Below are positions 7,651-16,389 of a stretch of 64,000 nucleotides of DNA, piece by piece. This DNA comes from Nitrospirota bacterium (GTDB lineage Bacteria; Nitrospirota; UBA9217). A program made the translations under genes and the position numbers. Every line of letters begins with the position of its first letter. Within the stretch, counting starts at the first letter, position 1. The notes beneath the pieces are model-generated. The model searched no databases, was not told the DNA's origin, and was given only the letters and a program-made list of their open reading frames with translations. The stretch lies in assembly GCA_963840455.1 (NCBI GenBank), contig CAWIYV010000004.1, forward strand, positions 1-64,000. Direction: 5' to 3'.

Positions 7651-9219
7651 TCAGAATCCCGGCTTGAAGCCCTTCCTGCGCATCTCCTTTTCCCTATCCT
7701 TGAACGCAGATTGGACACAGACGCTGCGAGGCCTGCCCAGCGCCTGGGATGATGCGTTCGCAGACTCCAGCATCAGCTTTGGGGACAGAGATATGGCAGG
7801 GGCCAGCGTGGAAACAGAGGACCTCACAACACTGCCACCCGATGCGACCGCTGTGTAAGATGGGTTTGAAACGACCAGCAATCCGGCCGTAGTATAGCTA
7901 TACGATACACCTGATACAAGACCCGTAGTAAGTTTGTTGTTACCATAATCAATGAATGCAGCCAGTGAACCCGAAGTGGTGTTCCAAGTAACCGTACCGG
8001 TCGTAGCTGATATCGTAGTAGGAGTATACGAGCTGAATGTGATGCTCGACGGACCGAGCAGCGGCAGCGTGGTAATATTTTTAAACTTCGGATTGTTGAA
8101 TATGCCAGGAATCGTATACGACCCACAGGTGCTCGGCCAAGTCTCGATGGACGTAAACGTCCATTCAGGATGGCCTGGCCACCATGTTGAGGTTGTCACG
8201 CCCGAGGCAATGGCGATGGACATGTCATAGAAGGTCGTATCAAATCTCCTGCTTGATGGGATTGACGCCAATGCATTATCGACTGACGTTACCCCAGCGG
8301 AGTTCTGCTGCATGATCTGCTTGAAGATGCTCCCGCCGGGCTGGGGCTGGTCGAACTGTTCCTTGAAATATTGCGACCACATATAGGCGATGCCGTAATC
8401 TGCCACCGTTCCCTTCCAATCAGTCAACGAATTAGAGGGGTCTTGCTCATAATCGTCAAGGCGCCCACAGCTCGGTCCATAGATATAGGTAGGCGCCGCC
8501 TCTGACATCGCCTCGTCCAACCACGTATCGTCATCGAGACCCTTCAGATGGGTCTTCTGCTCCCAATGGATCATATGTTGGAACTCATGTGCAAGGATTG
8601 TATAGAAATCGGCAGCCGTAATGGGGCTGGGGGGGGTTATGAGGAGCGGGTTGATGTTCAAATAGAACATCTCCCTGCGGTTCGAATAGGGATTGGCGGA
8701 CAGGGGATATTCATTCCCTTGATCGAAGTAGCCGGCGACGTAGCTACTGCCTGCCACGCTAAGACCATCCTTGATATTCAAAAGCAGGATGGTGACCAAC
8801 GGATCATTGTCGATTCCGGGATTCGGCTCGCTCCCGAAATTGTTCGTGTCCGCTGGATAGATGTTCGTGTCGAACTCAGTCTGGAGCCCAGAAAGGAGCA
8901 GGGGAAGGGCCCGGCCATGTTCAACGAAAATACGACTGTGCGCACCACCCGTGGACACCTCAGCGGCGCAAATGCAATAATAGGAGTTTGTTGTAAAGTC
9001 AGCGGCCCAGAAGGATGTTTCCTGGCTCGCACAGGGAGGACAGGCCGGCTGATTCGAACCCCCTCCCCCGCCGCAACTGCTCAATGCCAGCGCCGCGATG
9101 ATGGCGCACAAGGACAATACGCGAACGATCGTAAGCTGGTTGCTGTGCCCTGAACGAAACAATAGTACCTCCACTGGATGTCGATGAACATTACCTGATG
9201 AGAGAACGGCTGTGGACAC
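7651..9219 (-). CDS. Lipoprotein zinc metallopeptidase (M30/hyicolysin-like); true start probably downstream of 9219
   Basis: Lipobox LSSC-GGGGG; AHEFQHMIH; WLDEAMSE; YVAGYF; Ser/Thr-rich C-terminus. Confidence 0.75.
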   Translation of the reverse strand: MSTAVLSSGNVHRHPVEVLLFRSGHSNQLTIVRVLSLCAIIAALALSSCGGGGGSNQPACPPCASQETSFWAADFTTNSYYCICAAEVSTGGAHSRIFVEHGRALPLLLSGLQTEFDTNIYPADTNNFGSEPNPGIDNDPLVTILLLNIKDGLSVAGSSYVAGYFDQGNEYPLSANPYSNRREMFYLNINPLLITPPSPITAADFYTILAHEFQHMIHWEQKTHLKGLDDDTWLDEAMSEAAPTYIYGPSCGRLDDYEQDPSNSLTDWKGTVADYGIAYMWSQYFKEQFDQPQPGGSIFKQIMQQNSAGVTSVDNALASIPSSRRFDTTFYDMSIAIASGVTTSTWWPGHPEWTFTSIETWPSTCGSYTIPGIFNNPKFKNITTLPLLGPSSITFSSYTPTTISATTGTVTWNTTSGSLAAFIDYGNNKLTTGLVSGVSYSYTTAGLLVVSNPSYTAVASGGSVVRSSVSTLAPAISLSPKLMLESANASSQALGRPRSVCVQSAFKDREKEMRRKGFKPGF

Positions 9220-9323
9220 TCTATAACATCTGATACGCGTGGAGCGAAAGGGAAAAAAGTTCTTTACGTACTCTTGCAGTCAGCAGCATTGTATCAGGAA
9301 AACGTTGGATAGCGCAGCCGGTC

Positions 9324-10649
9324 TCAGCGCAAGCTCAACATATAGTCGGTCATTTCGCGCAGTTCCTTGTCCGTCAGGTCCAGTTTCGGCATGATCGAAC
9401 CTGGCGTCACTGCCTGGGGATTCCGGAAATGCCGGAGATGCCACTCCACATCCGGCCGCCTCGCGGCAACATGCGTGAGATCGGGTCCGATCTTTCCGCC
9501 TTTGCCGTGAATGCTGTGACAGGCGCTGCAGCCGCTCTTTGCATAGAGGGCCCGGCCGGCCAGGACCGAGGGAGACGTAACGGCCGGCGCATTCACGATG
9601 GGGGCCCGGGCGCCGGCAATGGTGAGGGCGAGGACGGTTGTCACCACGAGCGCTCCTGCGGCCATCATGCGCTTTCGCTTTGCCGGATTCCGCTCCGGGG
9701 ACCGGTCAAGGAACGGGAGCAGGAGCAGGACCGCGCCGGCGAGGTTCGGCAGGATGACCGTGCCCACGAGCTCGAACTTACCTTCGAAGATCCTGAGCAT
9801 CTGGAAGACGAAGTAGAAATACCACTCAGGGCGCGGATTGTAGGAGCTGTCCGTGGGGTCGGCCTGGGGCTCCAGCGGTGCCGGCAGGAGTATAGCCAGG
9901 CTAGCCAGAACGAGGAATACCAGCAGGATAAAGACGGTGTCCTTGAAAAGCTGGTTCGGGAAGAGCGGTTCGGACCTGTACGGGACACGGTCAGCCGCGT
10001 TCCAGATGCCGCCCGCTCCCGCCCGCTCCAGCAGGAACACATGCATTCCGGCCAGGAGCGCCAGGCTCCAGGGAAGGATATAGGTATGGATGGCGAAGAA
10101 GCGGGAAAGGGAGAATGCTCCCAGCTCTGTGCCGCCGCGTATGATGCGGAGAAGTGTGCCGCCGACCACGGGCACTGTGCCCGCCACGTTCGTGCCGACC
10201 ACCGTGGCCCAGTATGCCTTCTGGTCCCAGGGCAGCAGATAGCCTGTGAAGGCGAATCCGCCGACAAGGGCGATGAGCCCTACGCCGAGGACCCACACGA
10301 TCTCGCGGGGCTTCTTGTACGACCCGAAGACGAAGACCCGGACCATGTGGAATGCCACGAGGACCATCATGAAGCTCGCTCCCCAGTGGTGCAAACCGCG
10401 CACGAAGCTCCCGAAGGGGGCGGCCTCCTGGATGAACTTCACACTGGCATAGGCGTGGTCCGGCGTCGGGGCGTAGTACATGGCAAGGAAGATGCCTGTG
10501 ATCATTTGCAGGGTAAAGATAAAGAGCAGCGAAGCGCCGAGCACGTAGAACCAGCTCGAGCCACCGGGGATGGGCCGGTCGGCAAAGGTCCTTCCGAGGT
10601 CCCTGACCTTGATGCGTTCATCGAGCCAATCGATCAATAGTTTCAACAT
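9324..10649 (-). CDS. Cytochrome b (bc complex) fused to a C-terminal monoheme cytochrome c
   Basis: RGLHHWGAS, GYLLPWDQ and PEWY motifs; C-terminal CSACH...GPDL...GSIMP. Confidence 0.92.
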   Translation of the reverse strand: MLKLLIDWLDERIKVRDLGRTFADRPIPGGSSWFYVLGASLLFIFTLQMITGIFLAMYYAPTPDHAYASVKFIQEAAPFGSFVRGLHHWGASFMMVLVAFHMVRVFVFGSYKKPREIVWVLGVGLIALVGGFAFTGYLLPWDQKAYWATVVGTNVAGTVPVVGGTLLRIIRGGTELGAFSLSRFFAIHTYILPWSLALLAGMHVFLLERAGAGGIWNAADRVPYRSEPLFPNQLFKDTVFILLVFLVLASLAILLPAPLEPQADPTDSSYNPRPEWYFYFVFQMLRIFEGKFELVGTVILPNLAGAVLLLLPFLDRSPERNPAKRKRMMAAGALVVTTVLALTIAGARAPIVNAPAVTSPSVLAGRALYAKSGCSACHSIHGKGGKIGPDLTHVAARRPDVEWHLRHFRNPQAVTPGSIMPKLDLTDKELREMTDYMLSLR

Positions 10650-10757
10650 ATTGCCTCCTGCAATCTATGGCGAAGGTGGAAAGATGCGCGCTTCCGACCT
10701 CCATCTTTCTTGCCTTCTTACCTCCGGATATATTTTCTCCCTGTCCCGTGTTGGTTG

Positions 10758-11267
10758 CTATGCCACCGCTTTCTTCGTTGTCCCCACCTGAAAGACCTCG
10801 TACTTCACCAAAACCTTGCCGTCCTCGACCTTCGTGTCAATGGTATCGAGCGGCCGGGGCGCGGGCCCGGCGATCACCTTTCCGTCAATATCAAAGATGC
10901 TTGCATGGCAGGGGCATTTGAACTGTTTGTCCTGGCTGAACCAGCGGTAGCCGCACCCGAGATGAGGGCAATTGGGGGAGAATGCCCTCACGTTCCCGTC
11001 CGGCTTTTTCACGAGCCAGACGGTGCGTTCGACCTTCTCCTCCTGCCATCCGGTCTTGACGGTCTGAAAGAATCGGCGCTCCTGCGGCTCGTTCACCGCG
11101 AGGTCGACTGACGTACCGGCATCGCTCCAATCCGGTTCCTTTTTCCGCAGGACCGGCAGGATTCCGAAGCCGGCGAGCGGTACGGCTATTGCCGCACCGA
11201 TGAACGCGCCGATACCGATGATCGCCCTTACCATGAAATTGCGTCGTGATACGTTCTGGTCGGACAT
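10758..11267 (-). CDS. Rieske [2Fe-2S] subunit of the cytochrome bc complex
   Basis: Tat motif SRRNFM; CPHLGC and CPCHAS; SD AAGGAGG before ATG 11267. Confidence 0.92.
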   Translation of the reverse strand: MSDQNVSRRNFMVRAIIGIGAFIGAAIAVPLAGFGILPVLRKKEPDWSDAGTSVDLAVNEPQERRFFQTVKTGWQEEKVERTVWLVKKPDGNVRAFSPNCPHLGCGYRWFSQDKQFKCPCHASIFDIDGKVIAGPAPRPLDTIDTKVEDGKVLVKYEVFQVGTTKKAVA

Positions 11268-11354
11268 GGCTACCTCCTTCTGTGTCACGGAACGGTGGGC
11301 TTGCAAGCGCAGGGTCAATGGCTCAATTGTATCGCAACTCTGCGCGGAGTCAAG

Positions 11355-11993
11355 TCATATCGCCAGTGCATCGCGTTCGCCCCGGGCATAGCGTTGCGCG
11401 AGCACCAAGAGCTTCAGATAGTAGCTGTCGATGCAGGGGACGAATTCGGCCGGGCCGACCGTTGCCATGCGCTCTTCCCCCGTTCCGGCCGTGAGCACTC
11501 CATTCGCCGCGGCAATCCTGCCGGAAAACAGCCTGATGCCCTCTTCTATGTCCAGTTCAAGTACGGCATCGACCTCGTCGGGCTGAAGGACAAGGCGGTC
11601 CGGTCTCATATCCAGCGGCAGCAGGAAAACGTCCTGGAACTCGTATTCGAAAACACCTGGCAAGAAACAGTACACGAAGACCCGACGCCCCACCGGGACC
11701 AGTGATGGGAACGGGACCGTGAGCCCCAGTTCCTCCCTGCTCTCCCGAGGGCCTGCCCCTGCAGCGTCCTCTCCCGCGGTATAGTGCCCGCCGACGCTCA
11801 CATCGAACAGTCCCGGAGCGATCTTTTTTTCCCGGGACCGTCTCTGGAACAGGGCGCGATCCCTTCCCTCCCGGCGATAAAAAATGAGGCAGTGGAACGC
11901 GCCGTGCCAGACGCCGTTCGCGTGGGCATCGTCCCTGCCGATGCGGGCGCCGGTCTTCCTGCCGGTGCAATCGAGGACATCGAACTGTTCCAG
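11355..11993 (-). CDS. NUDIX hydrolase (IPP-isomerase-like), probable CTG start
   Basis: Open frame EQFDVLD...AHANGVWH...LFQRRS..K..APGLFDVSVGGH...RESREELG; SD AAGGAG 7 nt before CTG 11993; no in-frame ATG/GTG until 11801. Confidence 0.78.
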   Translation of the reverse strand: MEQFDVLDCTGRKTGARIGRDDAHANGVWHGAFHCLIFYRREGRDRALFQRRSREKKIAPGLFDVSVGGHYTAGEDAAGAGPRESREELGLTVPFPSLVPVGRRVFVYCFLPGVFEYEFQDVFLLPLDMRPDRLVLQPDEVDAVLELDIEEGIRLFSGRIAAANGVLTAGTGEERMATVGPAEFVPCIDSYYLKLLVLAQRYARGERDALAI

Positions 11994-12161
11994 GGCAGAT
12001 CTCCTTCAGTGGCCCATCCGACGGCCGGGCCGCTTGACGGTGCGGGGTCATTATAAAGGAAATGCTTCTTCGTGACAACCGCTGAAAAGTCCGCTATAAT
12101 AATCACGAATCTGTGGCGGAAGCGCTCCATGCGCTCCTGCCGCGGCCCTCCCCCATGAACG

Positions 12162-13151
12162 ATGAACATATCTTCCATCTTCCATGCATGGCCGGGCATG
12201 TACCTTGCCCAGTCCTTCCTCCATTCGCTCATCGCCGCGCTCATCGTCGATACCGCGCTTCTCGCTTGGAAGATCGAGGCCCCGGTCATCCGGCAGCGGT
12301 TCCGCCTGCTGGTGATCGTGCTTCCGATCCTTTCCTTCCCGTTGTACCAGTTCATAACACCCGAACGGGGTTCGGCCCTTTTCCGGCTGGACGCATACTT
12401 TGACATGAGCCGGTGGCTCGATCTGGAGCTCTGGGGCGAGGTCCCCGCGGGCGTGCTGTTCCTGCTCTTCCTCGTGTTTACCGCAGTGGTCTTCGTCCTG
12501 CAGGAGATGCTTCCCATCGTCCGGCATACACTGTCCTCCGGTGAAGGGGCGGTGGATGGCGTCCGTCCCGAGCCGGAGTCGCGGGTGACCCGCGCCCTCG
12601 AAGGGATCCCCGGCCGGAAGCCCGAGGTGTTCATCATCGATGACGAGGCATTCGCCATGTTCTCCTCCACCGGAAAGGAACCTGCCGTTTTCCTGTCCGG
12701 CGGGCTCGTCGAAAAGCTGACCCTTGACGAGCTCCGGGCGGCCATCGCCCACGAGATCGGCCACATCCAGCGCAGCAGGCGTCCTGCCATGGTGATGATC
12801 TTCATCCTCCGGGTGTTCATGTTCTATAATCCGATCGCCCTTATGGAGTTCAGAAGGATCATACAGGAAGAGGAAAAGATATGCGACGACGTGGCATCGT
12901 CGATCACCGGTGACCGGGCCGCGCTGGCCGGTGCGCTCCGGAAATTCTACAATCCCGACAACGAGGACCCTGCGCCCCCCCGGGAGGACGCCTCCCGCCT
13001 TCGCGACCGGATCGAGGAGTACAGCCATACCCTGCTGATCGAGGAACGGATCACCCGGCTCGAGGAACCCGCGGCGCCCGCGGTGAACACGTCGGCGGTG
13101 TACTTTGTCGTTCTCGTGACCATCCTGGCCGTTAACTATTATGTCGTATAA
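12162..13151 (+). CDS. M56/M48 (BlaR1-like) membrane metallopeptidase
   Basis: Several TM segments; AHEIGHI; FYNP..; EEEKICDD. Confidence 0.82.
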   Translation: MNISSIFHAWPGMYLAQSFLHSLIAALIVDTALLAWKIEAPVIRQRFRLLVIVLPILSFPLYQFITPERGSALFRLDAYFDMSRWLDLELWGEVPAGVLFLLFLVFTAVVFVLQEMLPIVRHTLSSGEGAVDGVRPEPESRVTRALEGIPGRKPEVFIIDDEAFAMFSSTGKEPAVFLSGGLVEKLTLDELRAAIAHEIGHIQRSRRPAMVMIFILRVFMFYNPIALMEFRRIIQEEEKICDDVASSITGDRAALAGALRKFYNPDNEDPAPPREDASRLRDRIEEYSHTLLIEERITRLEEPAAPAVNTSAVYFVVLVTILAVNYYVV

Positions 13152-13169
13152 GAGGAGGACCATGATCCG

Positions 13170-13769
13170 GTGAAACGAACGCTCGGCGGCATGCTCCTGT
13201 TCTCGACGATGATCGCCATCCTGACCGGCCTGCTCCAGCTGCTCAACTGGATACCCTCGGCGGTCCAGGACGGCGCGTTCCAGAGATACGCAAGCATTGA
13301 TGAAGTGCGGGCGCGCCTCAAGATAAGCACGGTGTACACACCGGTCTACTACCCGCGGTCCGTCCAATGGCCGCCTTCCCTCATCGCGGCGCAAACGAGG
13401 CCGTACCCCGCCGTGGTGACCGAGTTCGTCAAGAGCGACGACCCCGGGGTGACCATCCTCGTCATTACCCAGACCGCACTCCCCCATCCCCCGCTCGTCG
13501 AGAAGTTCCGGCTGGCCGCGGTACGGGAATCGGTGCGCTTCGAGTTCAAGGGAAGGACCGCCCTGCTCGAGGTCGGGGTGTGCCGCAAGGATGAGCAGTG
13601 CTGCCGTATGACATGGAATGAAGGGAATGTCGGCATTGCCCTCGTCATGCGGTCGTCACCCGTGGAATTGGTCAGGATCGCGGAAAGCATGATCACGAGG
13701 CCGCACGAAGCCGGCCATTCGGCTGAGAGCCCCGGGAAAGAACGTGATACGCCGGGGACTAGGAACTAA
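13170..13769 (+). CDS. Membrane-anchored hypothetical protein
   Basis: SD AGGAGG; one N-terminal TM helix followed by a soluble domain. Confidence 0.7.
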   Translation: MKRTLGGMLLFSTMIAILTGLLQLLNWIPSAVQDGAFQRYASIDEVRARLKISTVYTPVYYPRSVQWPPSLIAAQTRPYPAVVTEFVKSDDPGVTILVITQTALPHPPLVEKFRLAAVRESVRFEFKGRTALLEVGVCRKDEQCCRMTWNEGNVGIALVMRSSPVELVRIAESMITRPHEAGHSAESPGKERDTPGTRN

Positions 13770-13825
13770 TTCCTAGAGCAATAAGAATTTTTTCCTATGG
13801 CAAGAAGGGGATTCTCTGCTATAGT
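13759..13825 (+). promoter_or_regulatory. Paired 7-4-7 inverted-repeat operator plus extended -10
   Basis: Perfect CTAGGAA-CTAA-TTCCTAG (13759) and ATAAGAA-TTTT-TTCCTAT (13781), 22 bp apart; TGcTATAGT at 13817-13825. Confidence 0.65.
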
Positions 13826-14013
13826 GAACATCAGCACAGGGATCATGATTGCGCTGGAAGAGAATTCCCCGGTGGCGTCCTGGCCGGATGCGCACATGGC
13901 CAACGGCTCCTGCTTGCACCGGCACGAGAGGGGGAAACGGAGAGCACCTGACCAGGCGCCCTCCGCATCATCCACCGTCCAGCCTGTTACCATCTTGATC
14001 AAGGAGGCGAAGA

Positions 14014-15462
14014 ATGAGGGAAGGGAACCGTGTTCTTCCGTATCTTATGCTGCTGATATTCGCATTGCTGATAGTCCCTGGGACGGGAAGGTCCGCCGAG
14101 CCGGGGTTGGACGAGGATGCCACGGCATGCCTCGGATGCCATGGCGAGCGGGGACTGACGGTCAAGTTCCCGAGCGGCGAGGTCCTTGATGCTTTCATCG
14201 ACGGGAACAAATTCAAAGCGTCGGCACATCGGTCCCTCTCCTGCTCCGCCTGTCACGCGGAATTCTCGGCCAAGGACCACCCGCAACGTGCGTTCCGGAG
14301 CCGGGAACAGTACAGCAGCAAGGCCTCGTCCGTGTGCCGCCAGTGCCATGCAGAGGAGCAGCTGAAGAAATCCCCGGTCCACGCGTCGCTCCTGGCAAAG
14401 GAGAACAAGGCCCCGGTATGCTCGGGCTGCCACAATCCCCACACGGTAACATCCGTTGCCGGCGGCAAGCAGTTCGTCTCCGAGAAGGACCACTGCCTGC
14501 GATGCCACCAGCACGCCATGGGCATCACCCTGCGGAACGGGGAGAAGGTCTCCCTGAAGGTCGATGCGGCCGCGCTGGAAGGGTCGGTCCATACCAAGCT
14601 CGCTTGTTTCGACTGCCACTTCGGTTTTTCCGCCACCCGGCATCCCAAGCGGAACTTCAACACTCCCCGCGATTTTTCCATCGCCCAGGCCGAAGCCTGC
14701 CGCCGCTGCCACTTCGACAAATACACCAAGACCCTGGAAAGCATCCACTATTCGATCCTAAGCCACGGGAACCTGAAGGCGCCGGTCTGCACTGACTGTC
14801 ACGGCGCACACACCGTGGTCCAGGCGCGCGCCGACAAGCTCAAGAGCTCGAAAAGGTGCGGCAAATGCCACCAGGCGATATTCGGGACCTACACGAAGAG
14901 CATTCACGGTACCGCGCTGGTTCAGGAGAACAACACCGACGTCCCCATCTGCGCCGACTGCCACACGGCACACAGCATCCAGGGCGCCCACACTCAGGAT
15001 TACCGGGACAAGGTCCCGGAGATCTGCGGCAAGTGCCACGGCAACAGCACGCTTATGAAGAAATACGGCCTCAACCCCGGAGTCGTGACCTCCTATCTCC
15101 AGGACTTCCATGGCGTGACCCTGAAGTTCTACCAGCGCCAGAAGGACGGCACAGCGCCGGACAGCGCGCGAAAGGCCATCGCGACCTGCGTCGACTGCCA
15201 CGGGATCCATGACATCACCAAGACCACGGGCCCGACGACGAACATCGTCAAGGCGCGCCTCAAGAACCGCTGTCAGAAATGCCATGCCGGCGCCACGGAG
15301 GAGTTCCCGGACGCGTGGCTCTCGCACTACGAGCCAAGCCTCTCCAACGCACCGCTCGTGTTCCTGATCAACCTGACCTACAAGTTCTTCATCCCGTTCA
15401 TGCTGATCGGGCTGATCTTGCAAATACTGCTGCACGTATGGCGGTATGCGGTCAACCGGTGA
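14014..15462 (+). CDS. Membrane-anchored multiheme cytochrome c (13 CxxCH)
   Basis: Signal peptide, 13 CxxCH motifs counted, C-terminal TM helix. Confidence 0.92.
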   Translation: MREGNRVLPYLMLLIFALLIVPGTGRSAEPGLDEDATACLGCHGERGLTVKFPSGEVLDAFIDGNKFKASAHRSLSCSACHAEFSAKDHPQRAFRSREQYSSKASSVCRQCHAEEQLKKSPVHASLLAKENKAPVCSGCHNPHTVTSVAGGKQFVSEKDHCLRCHQHAMGITLRNGEKVSLKVDAAALEGSVHTKLACFDCHFGFSATRHPKRNFNTPRDFSIAQAEACRRCHFDKYTKTLESIHYSILSHGNLKAPVCTDCHGAHTVVQARADKLKSSKRCGKCHQAIFGTYTKSIHGTALVQENNTDVPICADCHTAHSIQGAHTQDYRDKVPEICGKCHGNSTLMKKYGLNPGVVTSYLQDFHGVTLKFYQRQKDGTAPDSARKAIATCVDCHGIHDITKTTGPTTNIVKARLKNRCQKCHAGATEEFPDAWLSHYEPSLSNAPLVFLINLTYKFFIPFMLIGLILQILLHVWRYAVNR

Positions 15463-15501
15463 GCCGGAGAGAACAACCATTCCCCTGAAGGAGGGATCGC
15501 C

Positions 15502-16254
15502 GTGGCAAACAAATCTCATGTGTTCATAAAAAGGTTCGGGATCGGCAGGATCGTGGAGCACCAGGCCAATGCGCTGGTCTTCACCCTCTTGGTGATCACC
15601 GGGCTCTCGCAGCGTTTTCACGAATATAAAGCGTCCTACTGGATCATCAAGACCATCGGGGGGGTGGACACGCTGCGGTTGGTCCACCGCGCGTCGGGGA
15701 TCATCTTTGCCCTGCTGATCATCGTGCATATTGCCGTGGGCATCTACGGCATCATGAAAAAACGGTGGCCGGCATCCATGATGGTCAACGCGAACGACTT
15801 CCTGAACGCCATGGAGAACATGCGGTACTACTTCGGGATCTCGAACCATCCCGCGCTCTGTGACCGGTACGACTATAAGCAGAAGTTCGAGTACTGGGGC
15901 GTCATTGCCGGAGGGTTCCTGATGATCTCCACGGGAGTGGTCCTCTGGTTCCCTGTCAACGTCGCCCGGTTCCTGCCCGGCGAGGTCATCCCGGCGGCAA
16001 AGGCGGCCCATTCGAATGAGGCGCTGCTCGCGTTCCTGGTCATCGTTACCTGGCACATCTACAACTCGATCTTCAGCCCCGAGGTCTTCCCCCTCGATAC
16101 GGGCATCTTTACCGGGAAGATCTCCCGGGAACGCATGGTCCACGAGCATCCGCTCGAACTGGCTCGCATCGAGAACGTTCCCGTCGAGGAGATCACGAAA
16201 CATCACCATACCCATCCAGTAGATACGGGATCGAATCAGGGCGGGGAGGCATAG
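15502..16254 (+). CDS. Di-heme cytochrome b subunit (FdnI/HydC-like)
   Basis: TM His residues (EHQ, VHR, AHS, WHI); RYDYKQKFEYW motif. Confidence 0.88.
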   Translation: MANKSHVFIKRFGIGRIVEHQANALVFTLLVITGLSQRFHEYKASYWIIKTIGGVDTLRLVHRASGIIFALLIIVHIAVGIYGIMKKRWPASMMVNANDFLNAMENMRYYFGISNHPALCDRYDYKQKFEYWGVIAGGFLMISTGVVLWFPVNVARFLPGEVIPAAKAAHSNEALLAFLVIVTWHIYNSIFSPEVFPLDTGIFTGKISRERMVHEHPLELARIENVPVEEITKHHHTHPVDTGSNQGGEA

Positions 16255-16389
16255 CGCCCCCTCGCCGTTCCCTCCCCTCAGCTCCGCCTCCGCGGCGGTG
16301 GACGAACTCCGCTCGACGAGGCCCCGAAAGTGTGGTACTATGATGAACAACTGACCCGCCCGGGGCACCCCTGTCCGGACGCATAGCCT

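Noticed and set aside
12006-12008. TGA upstream of the NUDIX frame as a third Sec codon
   Set aside because: It overlaps the SD, lies outside the homologous region and has no redox-motif context.
13845-14010. Possible decayed cytochrome fragment (SCLHRH) in the leader of the 13-heme gene
   Set aside because: No intact CxxCH or consistent frame; too weak to call.
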